A stretch of 63,950 bases of DNA, the filler included, from Hyphochytrium catenoides (Eukaryota; Protista; Hyphochytriomycota), in NCBI GenBank assembly GCA_900088475.1. It is 12 parts of 12 records of this genome, joined end to end, with 100 filler letters (N's around TTAATTAATTAA, not from the genome) between each part and the next. Parts side by side here need not be neighbours in the genome. Positions count along the whole stretch, not along the records: positions 1 to 7,279 come from FLMG01003437.1; positions 7,380 to 9,795 come from FLMG01002218.1; positions 9,896 to 12,368 come from FLMG01003687.1; 9 more parts are not named here. One strand, 5' to 3'. The notes beneath the pieces are model-generated. The model worked only from the letters and a program-made list of their open reading frames with translations. It was not told the DNA's origin and searched no databases. Below, piece after piece: positions 1 through 12,468 of the stretch. Position 1 is the first letter of the stretch. Every line of letters begins with the position of its first letter. Made by a program: the position numbers and the translations under genes.

Positions 1-3000
1 AGGACCCAAGAGTTGGACTCTTCGGGGCCTACATTTGAAACAACGGATTCGGACAAGCAGAATGGCGATATTCAGCGCCTCGACTCTATTCCTTCTCTCG
101 GCATTGCCTCTCCTACCACCGGCTTCGAGTTCAGAGATCCAACACGATCGTCTTCCCAGGACGGCTCCTCAGCTTCGAGACAAAGAAAGAGTCCCGGGCG
201 TCCTGCAGATCCCGATAAGCTTCTCTGGTCAGGATGGATTCGAAGACCAGGCCAGGTAGGTAAACAAAACGGAAGAATAAACGGAGATGACAGCAAGGAT
301 GCGACAATTCCGTCCTGCACCTCCTTTTCTATCCTGTTCCGCTTCCTTGTCATAGTTCAAGCTCTACTTCGTACCCCTCAGGAACTCCTCTATCATCAAG
401 CCATCCGGTGCCTTCCGCTTACGCTCGCCGCTGCAATCCTCTTTCTTGCTCCTCGCCATGGTCGCCTCTCTTCTGCTGGTTTCCGCTGTCTCTCTCGGTC
501 TGCTCTCTACCTCTCTTCACCGCTTACCCGGGCATGTTTCTAGCTGAGCGGGCGGTGGAAGGAGCGCTACTGCACACTTCAGAAGGGCGAGCTCCAATTC
601 TCGAAGGCTCCTGGAGGAAAAGTGCGGTGGACGATTGATCTTCAGTACGTCCTGGCTGTCTGTTTCTTCCAGCATCAGCCGTCTGACACCAGACATCGGA
701 GATATTATCCTTTCATTCTGCTTTCTCGCACGAACACTTGGATGCTGGCGCTTACTTCGGATGAACAGAAGGTGAGAACAAGAGGAAAGACATAGACATA
801 GAGACAAGACACAAAAAGAGAGAGGTAGCGTTGTTTGGAAGAGCGGGCGACTCTATGGACGTACCTTAGCGAAGAAGAGGGGGCTGTCCCGGGCATACGA
901 TATGCAGCATGATGAGAACTCGCTGTCTGCGCTCGCCTCACTATCCTGGGATCTGCATTATGCTATAGTCCATTCTTCTACAGTCCGTTGTCTGCTCCTC
1001 TCTTCCCTGTAAGAGATCACTTCCTCTCTGCCTCTCTTCTTGTTGCTCTGTTCTCTCATGGCCCTCATCTAGCTAATTGCCCCTGACGTGTGCCACCTTA
1101 TTTCCCCTTCTTCTCGACATCGATCATCTTAAATAACTCTTAGGAGGACTTTATTGGGGGCCTTCTTCTCTCTAATCCCAAGATCCAGAAGGGCCGTGTA
1201 GTGCAAGAAGATGTCTTCACCAAGCAGGGAGAGACGACGCATCGGTGGACTCAGTTCTGCTTTGTATACTCGAACACAGGCGATCTGCTCTACTTCGATG
1301 ACCTTAGCACTACCAAGTTACATGGTCGCTTCTCTATGGATGCGGTAGAGGATATCATCTTAGACTTTGGAAGGGAAGGAGAAGGAGGAAGAGGAGCCAG
1401 AAGACTTCCCAGGTATGCCTTGCCTCGGAGCGAGGTGGACTTTCGGATTGCGTTTTCCATCACTGGAAGGCTGATCGTGCTGCAATTTGATACGGAGGCC
1501 AAGTATATCAGGTATTTGACGGAAGACGAGGCTCTATCTGTCGCGCAAATAGAGAGAGAGAGGGAAGGAGGGGGAGAAGGACAGAGGAGAGACGAAGAGA
1601 GCTGGAAAGAGAGACAGTCAAACAGGGATAGAGAGACAGATTGCGAACGGTGAGCGGTAAAAGTTACTTCGTGGTCGCGGAAAGGCGTGGAGGAGATGGT
1701 CATCTGAAAGTATAAGGTGGCAGTTCTTCATAAGCGCAGAGGGATGGTAAAGAATAAACGAAGAAAGAGAGTGGGACAAGAATCTGGGAAGAAAGGCCAA
1801 CCGAAGTCGTTTTCAAACGGCATGCTAAGGAGAGATGGAGGAATGCTTCAAAGATAGAGGATGGAAGAATGAGTGACAACTGACGTTCATTTGCCAGGTG
1901 GAAGGCACTGTTTGAGTGCATCCTCGAGGGTGACCTTGGCGCTTCCAGGTTTGAGAGGAGAAAAGCACTGGAAATGGAAAAGAAGCGGGTAGAGAGACAA
2001 AGAAGAGCCTCCCAATTGAGGAAGAGTCTTGCCAAAGCTAGGCGGAGCACTGTTACGAGTCAGCATGAGGAGGTTATAGAGTTAGAAGAGAGAAGCATGA
2101 CACCAAGCGAAGCAGAAGCAGTGGAGGTAAGATGTACGAACCTTGGAAGACTTAGACAAGTGGAGAGATGGTATTCTGAGCGGCCAGAGAGAGCGAGGGA
2201 GGAGAGCGCAAGAAATGGGATTGTAAAGAGTCCTACTAAATGCCCACTGTTTCTCAGGCGGAGAGGCATGACGGATCGCCAGCAGAACTTCCCATCCATG
2301 ACGTCGGACAGCCATCAGTAGTGCCCGAGAAAGAGCTCATCAAGGCGGAACCCAGGAAGGAAGACGAAGACGTAAAGGGTCCAACTTATTTACTTCCTCC
2401 TCCAATAGATCTTTCCTCTGCCGCACGATACCACGGCGAACAGGAGAATAGTGCCGAGAGCAGGATGAGAGATAGAGTGACGGATGTGCGCCGCTTTCTC
2501 CCTCTGCCAGCTGATCATAGAAGCGTGACAGACACATCTGTGACGGACAACGACGAGACGTCAAGTCTATCAAGCTTCATGAGCTCGGAGACGAACAAAA
2601 GCAGAAGAAGACGAGTCAGCAGAAAAACAGGAGGAAAAAGGTTCTCAAAGAGAAGAAGCGGTGGTCCTGCTGGGAAACGAGAAAGCGGCGCCACGGCAGA
2701 TACTGACACAAAGGGCACTGAAGAGGCAAAAGTGGACGCCGGAGCGCGACGAAGGAGCAGTAGAAAGAAGAACAAGGCCCGGAACAGGGTTGAAGAAGGA
2801 GATATGGCGACTAAGGCGGAGAGAGAAGAGGATCACGAGGCAGCGGAAAAGCTCTCTCCTCCAGACACCTCTCCCTCTCCTCCTCTTCCCCATTCTCCTC
2901 CTCCTATTGCCCTTCAACTAGAATCAGTGAGGAGAGGAAGAGAAAGTAGAGGCTCCTACGCCTCTCAGATTGACCCAGAAACGAGAAAGACCCTTGCGCG

Positions 3001-3310
3001 AGAAGGGCTAAAGGACGTTCATGCGGAAGTGGAGAGAGACTTTCTCCTTCTCGTCTCGCGCTTAGGGGATAACCCCAGGAAAAGGAAAAAGCTTGCGAGA
3101 CAGATCAAGGCGTGCCAGGTGGCCATTGAGACGCTCAGAGCGCTTCTCCCGGAGCCGAGAGAGAGTGAAGCAGGGGATGGCTTCCAGTGTGGAGACTGGT
3201 ACACGTTCGAAGCTAGGGGAGGAGAGAGAGTGAGGCACTGGATACATAAGAAAGAGCTGCCGAAGAGGAAGAGTCATAGGCCACCTCCGCCTTCTCTCTT
3301 TGATGACTAG
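1..3310 (+). CDS. Tandem PH-domain protein with a long low-complexity C-terminus (5' end probably outside the window); exons <1-255, 544-771, 1144-1511, 1898-2126, 2258-3310
   Basis: GT-AG introns are in phase. The spliced product reads LLWSGWIRRPGQ|LSGRWKERYCTLQKGELQFSK...TWMLALTSDEQK (PH1) and EDVFTKQGETTHRWTQFCFVYSNTGDLLYF...LQFDTEAKYIR|WKALF (PH2, terminal-helix Trp). Stop TAG at 3308-3310. Confidence 0.75.
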
Positions 3311-3508
3311 AGGAGTGACAGTGCGTCAGAGACTAGGCACTTACTAACGAGCAAGTGGCAGAGAGAAACACAAGGAGCGACTGGGAACAGAGAGAGGAAG
3401 AGAGGGTATATCATTATATATTATATAAGAGAAGCGGTTGAACGCCCTGGAGAAGCTGAGAAGAAGAAGAGGCCAGAAGTACAGACGGCATCTGTTTGGA
3501 GACCGTCT

Positions 3509-4393
3509 CTACTGCTCAGAGCTGTCTGTCTCCTCCCGTACGCGGTCTTCTAGGACTCGGATGTCTTGCTCATTCTGGTCCTGCACGCGACCAAGAAGCA
3601 AGGTGGGTGCCTTCAGCTCTCTCTATGGCATGGAGGAAAGAGTTCTCTCAGAAGAGAAGGCAAATTCTCCTCACCTGCAAGAATGAGATCTCTTCTACGC
3701 GCCCACGATTCTTCGTCAGACCAGCCTCCCGCAACTCTTCCACCATCTGGACCCCGAAACGGCGACATGGTAGAGATGGCGAAGAGAGAAAGAAAGAGAG
3801 AGAGAGGTCAGACGCAAGCCACCTTAGGGCTACGATAGACTAACAGGGAAACCAAAGGGTGGCTTACCTTCATGACCTTCTGGGTGCTGTCCTCTCGCAT
3901 CTTGTCCTCCTGCTTCAGCAACTAGACGAGGAGAAAGACAGGGAGAGATCATAAGGAGAGGAACGCCAGGCGAGGAAGAGGCAGCACTAATTACCTTCCC
4001 AATGTGGATATCGTGGCAGCCGGTCACCACTCCTGCGAGAGACTCACTGGGAGACAAGTGGCAGAAAGAAAGGTAGGAAAGGGTTAGAGAAAGAGATGAG
4101 AGGTGAACGGAAGGCCAAGAATAAAGAGAATACAAGGAGAAGTTCACCTATCCGCCAGCAGGACTCTAGCAGAGTCTGAGAGCTCCGTCTCATTGAGATT
4201 TCCGTTGACATTTCTCTCGACCAGCTGGTTGGTATGCTACACAGGGGCAGGAGGAGGGCTTGAGGAAAGAAGAGGGAGGAGACAAAGCAAGAGAGACAAT
4301 GGGGAAGGAAGAAAAAGAAGGAGAAAAGGGCAGACCTTGAAACAGGTACACGGAGGAGGTACCAGAGACAAATGCAGCGAAATATGTAGCTCC

Positions 4394-4424
<31 letters not shown>

Positions 4425-5879
4425 AGAAGGAAAAGTGCATTCCGAGGCGAAGAGTTTAGAGACAGAGGGAGAGAGAGAAGGCGAGAGAGAGAGAGCATAA
4501 GAGAGAGACAAGGAAAAAGTGAATTCCGAGGCGAAGAGTCTTCCTATCAATGTACGGACCTCTACCAATGCCTCGTGAAAGTGCTTCTCGAACTCCTCCA
4601 CCGTGCGGAAAAAGATGGTGGCAACGCCTCTCTCCTCTTCCAGAAGAGCAGACAATGCGCTTTCCAACTTGTTCACTAGCTTTCCGCACGCCTCTACCGC
4701 CTCACTCTCAATGTCCATCAGCTCGAAGCCTAGGACATTGTTGGCTTCTCTGAGAGCCTTGATGTCTTCTCGAAGAGACGAAAAGGCCGCGGACGGAGAA
4801 GAAGACGAGAGAGAAGCCTGTTGAAAGGAAGAGAAGAGAGAGAGAGAGATGATGAGAGAAGTGGCTGAAGTGGCTCTGCCCAAAATGACCTCTTAGAGCT
4901 CTCTTCATATCCTTTCCTTTTCCCTGTTGGCTCCCCATGGTTCTTTCTCTCTGCTTCTCTCTCACACACACCCCAACCCCTTTTTTCTCTCTCTCTGTGT
5001 CTCCTTCTCTTTTGTTTTGTCTCTCTTCCTCTCTCTCTCCTTTCTCTTCTCTCTCATTTGCTCCTCTCTATGTTACGGTAGACACACTCACCGCCGCCTT
5101 CTGAGCGTCCTTGAGCATCTTGCGTAGGACTTGTAGCTTTGTTGTGCTTCGTTTTCCAGCTTCCTCTCTCTCTTTTTCTATCAACTTCGCCGTCTCCTGG
5201 TACTCTTGCAACCGAGAGACGAAAAGAACACGAATCTTCTCTTTTGCTTCCTCGCTTCTCCCCTTCACTTTATCGCTGAACTCATGAACCAGCGGCCCCA
5301 CGTCCGGCAAAGCTTTTAACTTCTCAAACTCAGTGTCATCCGCGAAGAGCTCATCGAAGAGAGTCTTGGAAGCGATGGAGACAAAAGGAGAGCGATGCAA
5401 AGAGAGACAGAGAGAGAGGATAAATTGTGAGATATGAGAGAGACAAACAGGAGAAATCGAGTAGAGAGGGAGAGACGCAGAAAGAGAGATGACCCAAAGA
5501 GGAAGGGGACGGATCTCAGAGAAGGCTATATACCTATTGAAGGCAAAGAAAGAGAGAGAAAGAGAGGGAGTTCAGGAGCTACCTCGACGTAGAGAAGGTT
5601 TGTCTCCTTGAGAGAGTTCAGATAGTCGTTCCGCGCCTCGGTCTTCGCCTTCACCACTTCCTGGATGCGCTCTCTCTCATCTGTGCCCTCCAGATCATCC
5701 TACCAGAAGAGGGAAACAAGGCAAAATTCAGGGGAATGAAGAGACGGAAGATAGGTTAGTTGCTTGCTACCGGGTCAACTTCCGTGCTTAACTCTTCATT
5801 TTGAAGCTTTCTCTCTCCCTCTCTTCTGTCTCTTGTCATGCTTGTCTATCAGTGTTGATTGCCTTTAATCTCTCCCTCG

Positions 5880-5915
<36 letters not shown>

Positions 5916-6851
5916 TGTGTCTGTCTGTCTGGTACTCTTTATGGCACTTACTTGGTACTGCTCGGTTGCCGTCTTGAGCTCTTCCAGACTAATAAGAGAG
6001 TAGTCCAAGTACTTCAGCTGCTGAAGGTGGGCCAAAATGAACCTATCTCGTTGGGACACAGGGGGAGAGAGAGAGGGACAGAAAGGTTGAGAGAGAGAAG
6101 TAGAGACAAGGAGAGAGAAAGAGAGAGAGAGAGAGAGAATATGGGGGAGGGCAGAGACACAGAAAGAGACAGAGAGAGAGAGAGGAAAGACGAGAGAGAC
6201 AGAGGCAACTCTTCTAGAGACACAGCGCAGACTCTTCAAGAGAGATAAGGGAAACGTATGACATCACGAGAGAAAGGTGAGAAAGACTAGGAAAAGGAGC
6301 AGTGTTGTTGCTGACATTCTGTACTCATGCTCTCTCTGTATAGGATTTTCCTTGAGAGTGAGAGACTGAAGATCTTTCAGTTCTCTCAGTTTGAGCACCG
6401 AGCTTAGGGTCTGAATCTTGTTGCGGCCCAGGCTAAGGATCTTCATAGAGGAGAGATTGGCAACAGAAAGGGAAAGCGAGAGAGAAGGTTGAGAAGAAGA
6501 AGAGACGCGGGCGAGAGAGAGAGCATGACGCAGAGACATAGAGAGAGACACAGATAACAGAGTAGCCATGCTACGCCAGAGACGTGCAGTCTCATCGGAG
6601 TAGAGTACCTGAAGCTTAGTCAGTGTCTCCAATCCTTCTATCTCCGCGATATTGTTCGAATAGAGAGAGAGATCGACGAGCTCTGTCAGCGCCTCCAGCC
6701 CCTGCAGCCTCTCAATCTGATTGAATGAGAGGTCCAAGTACGTCAGGCTGGTCAGATGACTAAGATTTTCTATGGTCGTGATCGCATTGTTGTCCAACTT
6801 GAGAAGGATCAAGCGGCCCAGTCCTCCGAGGTTGTCGATCTGCCGCAGCCC
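3509..6851 (-). CDS. DRC3: LRR plus coiled-coil protein, dynein regulatory complex subunit 3 (LRRC48)-like; about 11 exons, 5' exon lost at the contig end
   Basis: SDS22-type LRRs (LKLDNNAITTIENLSHLTSLTYLDLSFNQIERLQGL...LSLGRNKI...LTLKENP) and an LRR cap (YRM|FILAHLQQLKYLDY). A coiled-coil region follows (TLFDELFADDTE...CHDIHIGK|LLKQED...KNRGRVEEI). GT-AG introns; stop TAG at 3509-3511. Confidence 0.75.
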
Positions 6852-7245
6852 CTGGGTCATTGTTAGGCAGTTAGGGTGAGACGGAGAGCGGAAGAGCAAG
6901 AGAGAGGGAGAGAGAGAGGAGAGAGACGTGATGGGGAGGAAGGAACTAGAGAAAGCTATCGACAAAGAAGAAAGGATTGTTGGGAGAGAGAGAGGAAATG
7001 GAGAGAGAAAAGTGACAGAAGATAGATGGCTGCCCCCAGACAGGAAAAGAGAGAGAGAGAGCAGTAGGAACAACTGCGGAGGCAGACGAAGATAGAGGGG
7101 CAGGATTCAGAGGCAGACATTATTCTAACATGATGACGGGAGAGACAGATAAAGGAGTAGCTTTTCACAAGAGATAGACAGAGAGAAAGGGCGAATAAAG
7201 GAGACAACAAGAGAAAAGGAAGAACGAGGAGGAGAGAGAGGGAAG

Positions 7246-7279
<34 letters not shown>

Positions 7280-7379
7280 NNNNNNNNNNNNNNNNNNNNN
7301 NNNNNNNNNNNNNNNNNNNNNNNTTAATTAATTAANNNNNNNNNNNNNNNNNNNNNNNNNNNNNNNNNNNNNNNNNNNN
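7280..7379. other. Artificial contig spacer N44-TTAATTAATTAA-N44. The same spacer occurs at about 9796-9895, 12369-12468, 14234-14333, 36888-36987, 46060-46159, 47342-47441, 49479-49578, 52864-52963, 58792-58891 and 62631-62730
   Basis: An identical palindromic 12-mer with stops in all six frames sits in the middle of a 100-nt N block, 11 times. It produces the ORFs that end in 'LIN'. Confidence 0.97.
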
Positions 7380-7440
7380 GGGTCTGACTGGCAAGAAGAG
7401 ACACCACGGCAGCGCAGAGAGAGAGGGAAAAGATCTTCAT
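7380..7440 (-). CDS. Possible N-terminus (signal peptide) of a secreted protein, truncated by the contig end
   Basis: MKIFSLSLCAAVVSLLASQT has a basic n-region and hydrophobic h-region. Only 20 aa are visible. Confidence 0.3.
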
Positions 7441-7977
7441 GATGCTTGTTTGCTGGAGCGGAAGGGCTATGAGTTGAAGGTCAGATCTCCCAACAATACT
7501 CTTCTTGTGCTTGTTGCGCTTGTTCTTGTCCGTCGGGAACTTTTGATAATGACCAGAAAGTGAAGGTGCGGCTTGGCAACCACCGAGCACGCCCTGGCAG
7601 GAAGACAGAGATGGCGGTCATCAAAAGGGACAAGGGACAGGGAGGAAGCTAACGGGTCATCGCCAAAAGATAGATACTTCGTTCTTGCAACGAGAGAGAG
7701 AGAGGTCGGCACGGCTAGGGCAACGCAACAGGAAACAAGAGAGACGAGGGAAGGTATCTATCTATTCTGATCCTCCTCGGGTCTTGGATCACCTCTCTTT
7801 CTCTCTCCTTGTCTCTTCCTGTCTCTCAGTCCCTCTGTCTCACTACCCTTCTCTTTTCTCACTCCCCCCACCCCCTCTCTCTCTCTTCCTGTCTCTCCCT
7901 CCCTCTGTCTCCCTGTCTCTCTCCCTCTCTCTCTCTCTCTCCCTCTCTTCCCTCTTCTCTCTCTCTGCTTCTCTCTT

Positions 7978-8040
<63 letters not shown>

Positions 8041-9895
8041 CCCAAGCCCATCATAGAGTTACTTAGCCGCTGTTCTGTCTTTCACTCTCCTCCTCTATCC
8101 TTCTTTGTCTGTCTCTTCCTCCTTCTTCTCTCCTTGTTAGGGGAGCAGCAGCAGACCACACGTCCGCACCAGAAGGTGCGTGCGCAAGGTTTCGCCTAGA
8201 AAAAATGCTTTTTATAAATACCGGAGGAAAGCTTCGTACGGGTCTACCCTCTTTAGCATTTGTTTCATTCCCATCTCTTACAAATTTTACACCAATAAAT
8301 TTATCATCTACGCCTACTCTGGCTTGCAGTGTGGTTTGAAAGGAAAAGTATAAGTGGAAAGAAACTTGAAAATTGTAGTGCGAGGGAACATAATGTGGTT
8401 TTGGTAGGATAGATCGTCTCGCCCACTGACAAGGGGGTACAGTCCATACATCCATACATACAACATATAAAAAAGCCCCAACAGTCAAAAGCCTAAGAAA
8501 CACTTGCTGATAAGTTCAGAATGACCTCCTTTCCCACATCATCAGGATATAAACTGAAAGGCAGTTGAGCTGCACAATGCACAAGACAAACAAAACCATC
8601 GCTCAGCACAGGGCCAAAAAAGACGCTAATAACATTTCCTGCTAGGAATAGGATTTTACCCTGATAACACCCACAGCGCTTGCACTAGAACCCTCGACCC
8701 TCGTCAACTCATAGAATCAGACCCAAAACCCGCTTTTTCTCTTTCACTTTGTCCGTTTTTGGATCATTTCTGTCTTTTTTGCTGCTCTGTCTTCTACTGT
8801 CATCACCTCTGTCTTCTGTCACCCCTCTCATACTCCCTCTCTGTCTCTTTTACCTCTCATCTCTCGGCAATATATCTAGGGATCTTATTATTTTCGGTGG
8901 CGTAGTGTACAAGAAGTGAGCCATTTTCCTTACAACCCCCTCAGTCCCCCCTCCCCTTTTCACCCCCTCCACGTAATAATCCCAGAATAACCTTGTGCAG
9001 ATTCCAGGTCAGTGGTCGAGAATAAAATTGCTCCCAAAAGTACGATTCCTATCTGCGATTTGGGTGTAAACGTCGTTTGGCTGACCTTAATCTCGGGTAG
9101 CGATTTGCGTGGAACTTGACCTGTTCCATTGGGGCACCGAGGGTTTCTATTACGGTGCTTCTACAACTAGCTCCTGACTTCTGTTGTTGTTTTCGTGTAG
9201 AAGGATCATGGAGAGAGTTATACTCGTACGAATTATCAGAATTCTGAAGGAACTGGGCGGCCGTCAAAATCTCAGAGTCTCAGAAAGTTCTGATCTTCAT
9301 CAGGAGTCCCAAAAGGCCTGGCAGGCCCAAAGTCTCAGAGAAGATCCGCTCTTCACTGCACCTGAGACACAATTGGACACGCAATCCATAGAGATCGAAA
9401 CAGCAGTGCCTGAGTTTCAAAGTCGTAAGATGTGATGCAGGCGACGGAGGACAAGCATCGTAGAGCGGCAAGCACCGCTCTCTTCTTCTGCCGCTTCCTC
9501 GATGAAAGAAGAATGTCGGCCTAGAAGCTGGTTATGACATGATCACAGGAGCTCGAAGTGATACGTACACCTCATGGCCTTTGTGGCAGCACGGTTCTAC
9601 CATCATAACTTTGAAGAAAAGACAGTACATTATTATCCCTCGTTTGCGTTGGGTCTGACAGGCAGAGGGAGAGTTACAAAGCAGCCATCCTCATGGCTTT
9701 GCTAAATGATGAGCGAAGAGGGTGAAGACAAAGGGACAGACAAAGAAGAGGCCCTGATGAAGGAGGAAAAATGGGCGGGAAAGAAGCTATGACAANNNNN
9801 NNNNNNNNNNNNNNNNNNNNNNNNNNNNNNNNNNNNNNNTTAATTAATTAANNNNNNNNNNNNNNNNNNNNNNNNNNNNNNNNNNNNNNNNNNNN

Positions 9896-10172
9896 GATCG
9901 TCCGCTCCTTTGGCCGCCCCGCGCATGAGGGGAGAATCACGGTCATTCATATAGAGTTAGGAGAGAGAGAAGAGAGAGAGACGGGGGAAGAGAAGAAAGA
10001 AGAAAAAAATGTGGGAGAGAGACGGAAAGAGAGAGAGAGAAGAGAGGTTGTCACGGCGGGGATGGACGGCTATGTGAGGCGCTGGTCTCTGGAAGCGATC
10101 GATCGGGCAGATTCCCATCATGAAGAGCTCATCGTAGAGCTGGATCCCATCGGAGAGGCCCTCGTTGCACCA

Positions 10173-10173
<1 letters not shown>
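9896..10173 (+). CDS. CFAP44: Internal exon of WD40 axonemal protein CFAP44 (WDR52)-like
   Basis: RPAHEGRITVIHIE...EVVTAGMDGYVRRWSLEAIDRADSHHEELIVELDPIGE matches the CFAP44 motif as I recall it (H..I....GEVITVG.DGYVRIWDFETID.AD......E.EPI.E). Donor CAG|GT at 10173/10174. Confidence 0.7.
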
Positions 10174-10225
<52 letters not shown>

Positions 10226-10762
10226 CTCTCTTTTTCTCTCTCTTTCATTTGTTGGCTTTGGCCTGGTTTCACTCTCTTTCTTTGTAACCACTCTCTCCCT
10301 TGCTTTCGGGGGCTCCATTATGGAATCTGCTTTTAAGCCTTTTGGAGGCGGTTTCTCTTCTCTCTCTCTTTCTCTCTTTTCCTCTCTTTTCCTCTCTTTT
10401 CCTCTCTTTTCCTCTCTTTTCCTCTCTCTCTTAAATAAGAGTCACCCTATGGGGCCTCTACATCCACTCTCTCTGACTGTTCTTAGTTAAGTCTGTCTTT
10501 CTGTCTCTCTTCGTAGTAGTGTCTTTTGCCGTCTCTGGGGTCTTTCTCTCTTCTCTCTCTCTGTTCCCCTTCGCGACTGTATCTCTCTCTCTCTTTTTCT
10601 CTCTCTCTCCTTTGCCTGTCTGTCAACCTACTGAATTTTTCTCTTCTCTCTCTCTCCTGCTCTCTCTCTCTCTCTCTCTCCTTCCCTCCCTCCTTTCCCC
10701 TCTCTCTCACTCTACCGATGTCTCTTTCTGTTCCTTTCTCTCCCCTCGCTCTCTGTCTTTTC

Positions 10763-10812
<50 letters not shown>

Positions 10813-11359
10813 NNNNNNNNNNNNNNTCTCTCTCTCTCTCTCTCTTTCCTCTCTCTCTCTCTCTCTCCCTCTCTCGTTCCTACTACTTTTTCAGCACCAA
10901 AAGCACCGGCAATTTGTGGGTGGGTCGAACGGCCCAAAACGAAGCCGGTACGCTCTCGTCTCTCACCAGAACTGGCTAGGAATCGGACTGCTTGATGGAG
11001 TGACTAGCGGCGCTGTTCCTAGAGGGAGGAAGGAAGCTGCAGTGGATGGTTTACTAGGCATGACTGGGGCTAGAAACTATAGAAGGGAACAAGACTGCTT
11101 TAAAAAAAGGAGAGACAACAGCTGTTATTAGTGCGATGGCCAAAGCCTACGCATCGGGTACACTACTTGTGCTGTTCTGTCTGTTCTGTCCACCGTTATC
11201 AGATGGACGCTTTGGATTACCGGTAGTTGTTCTTCCGCGGAGAGAAAGAGGGAGAGAGAGAGAGAGAGAGAGAGAGCGGAAGATAGAGAAAGACAGAGAG
11301 AAAAGAGAGGAAAGAGAGAGAGAGAGACCGGGAGAGAGAGAAAGACAGAGAAAAGAGAG

Positions 11360-11407
<48 letters not shown>

Positions 11408-11408
11408 C

Positions 11409-11447
<39 letters not shown>

Positions 11448-12468
11448 CAAAGAAAAATTATTAGCTCTTTGAGGGAAGGGATAGGTCTACTTTCAACACT
11501 ATGAAAGGATCCTCCTCAAATATTATCATTCTCTCTTTTGCGGTCGCTTGTATCTTGGCTGCCCTACCTTGTATCTACCACCTCCTCTAACTTACACAGG
11601 TTTTCCTGAACCAACCAGGGAGAACCTAGAACCTTTCTCCTCTCATCATACGCACCCAGCGGCCAACCACGAGTCTCGATCAGAAGAAGCTGACGCTGTC
11701 AAAACCTTCTCTCTTTCCTAGGCACTAGAAAGAACGACTACTGTTTTACACTATTGGGCTGCCTTCTACTACTGTCTCACGCCGTTTGCTTAGCCCAGGA
11801 CGCTACCTTTTCGTGCGAGGCAAAAGTACACAGAAATCGAGGATGTGTGCTACCCAGAAAATGTTTTTTTTTCACACCAGACTGGGTGGACTGTCCTGGC
11901 TTGCGCGGGCGCTGGGCATAGGGTCTGTCTCATACTGAAAACATATATAGAACTATGACTGACTAAGTGGTGACCTACTGACAGAAAGAAGGCCGTTCGC
12001 TGTCAGGAGGTGATAGGCGTTGAACCATTGAGAAGGCTCCACAGAGCAGAGCTAGTTCTACCCTTATTCCTTTTTCCAGTTTGGTTGACAGTTGTTGGGA
12101 CCTTGGGCCCTCGATACACTGAGAAAAAGAGAGAGAGAAAGAGAAAGAGAGAGAGAGAGAGAGAGAAGTGAAAAGTATGTTTAGTCGAAGGGGCTACAGT
12201 TCAGTTCTCGGGGTGGAAACGCTGAGAATTCTCGACCTTTAGGAATGTTAACAATGGGAGTTCGGATATGGAAAAAGTTATAAACGGATCGGTAGGCCGA
12301 GAGCCAACCCGTTCGCTTTCTGGACAACGCCATAGGTCATATTTCCCTGAAGTGGGCCCTTCGCCCTGNNNNNNNNNNNNNNNNNNNNNNNNNNNNNNNN
12401 NNNNNNNNNNNNTTAATTAATTAANNNNNNNNNNNNNNNNNNNNNNNNNNNNNNNNNNNNNNNNNNNN

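Noticed and set aside
4430-4545. Direct repeat TTCCGAGGCGAAGAGT, two copies, in a DRC3 intron
   Set aside because: It is a simple local duplication with only two copies and no array structure.
7324-7335. Recurrent TTAATTAATTAA palindrome as a biological repeat or CRISPR-like element
   Set aside because: It always sits in the centre of identical N padding, so it is an assembly linker.
9250-9480. Kinase-like DFGPARPFGTP on the minus strand
   Set aside because: No intact HRD motif or continuous frame; at best a very old remnant.
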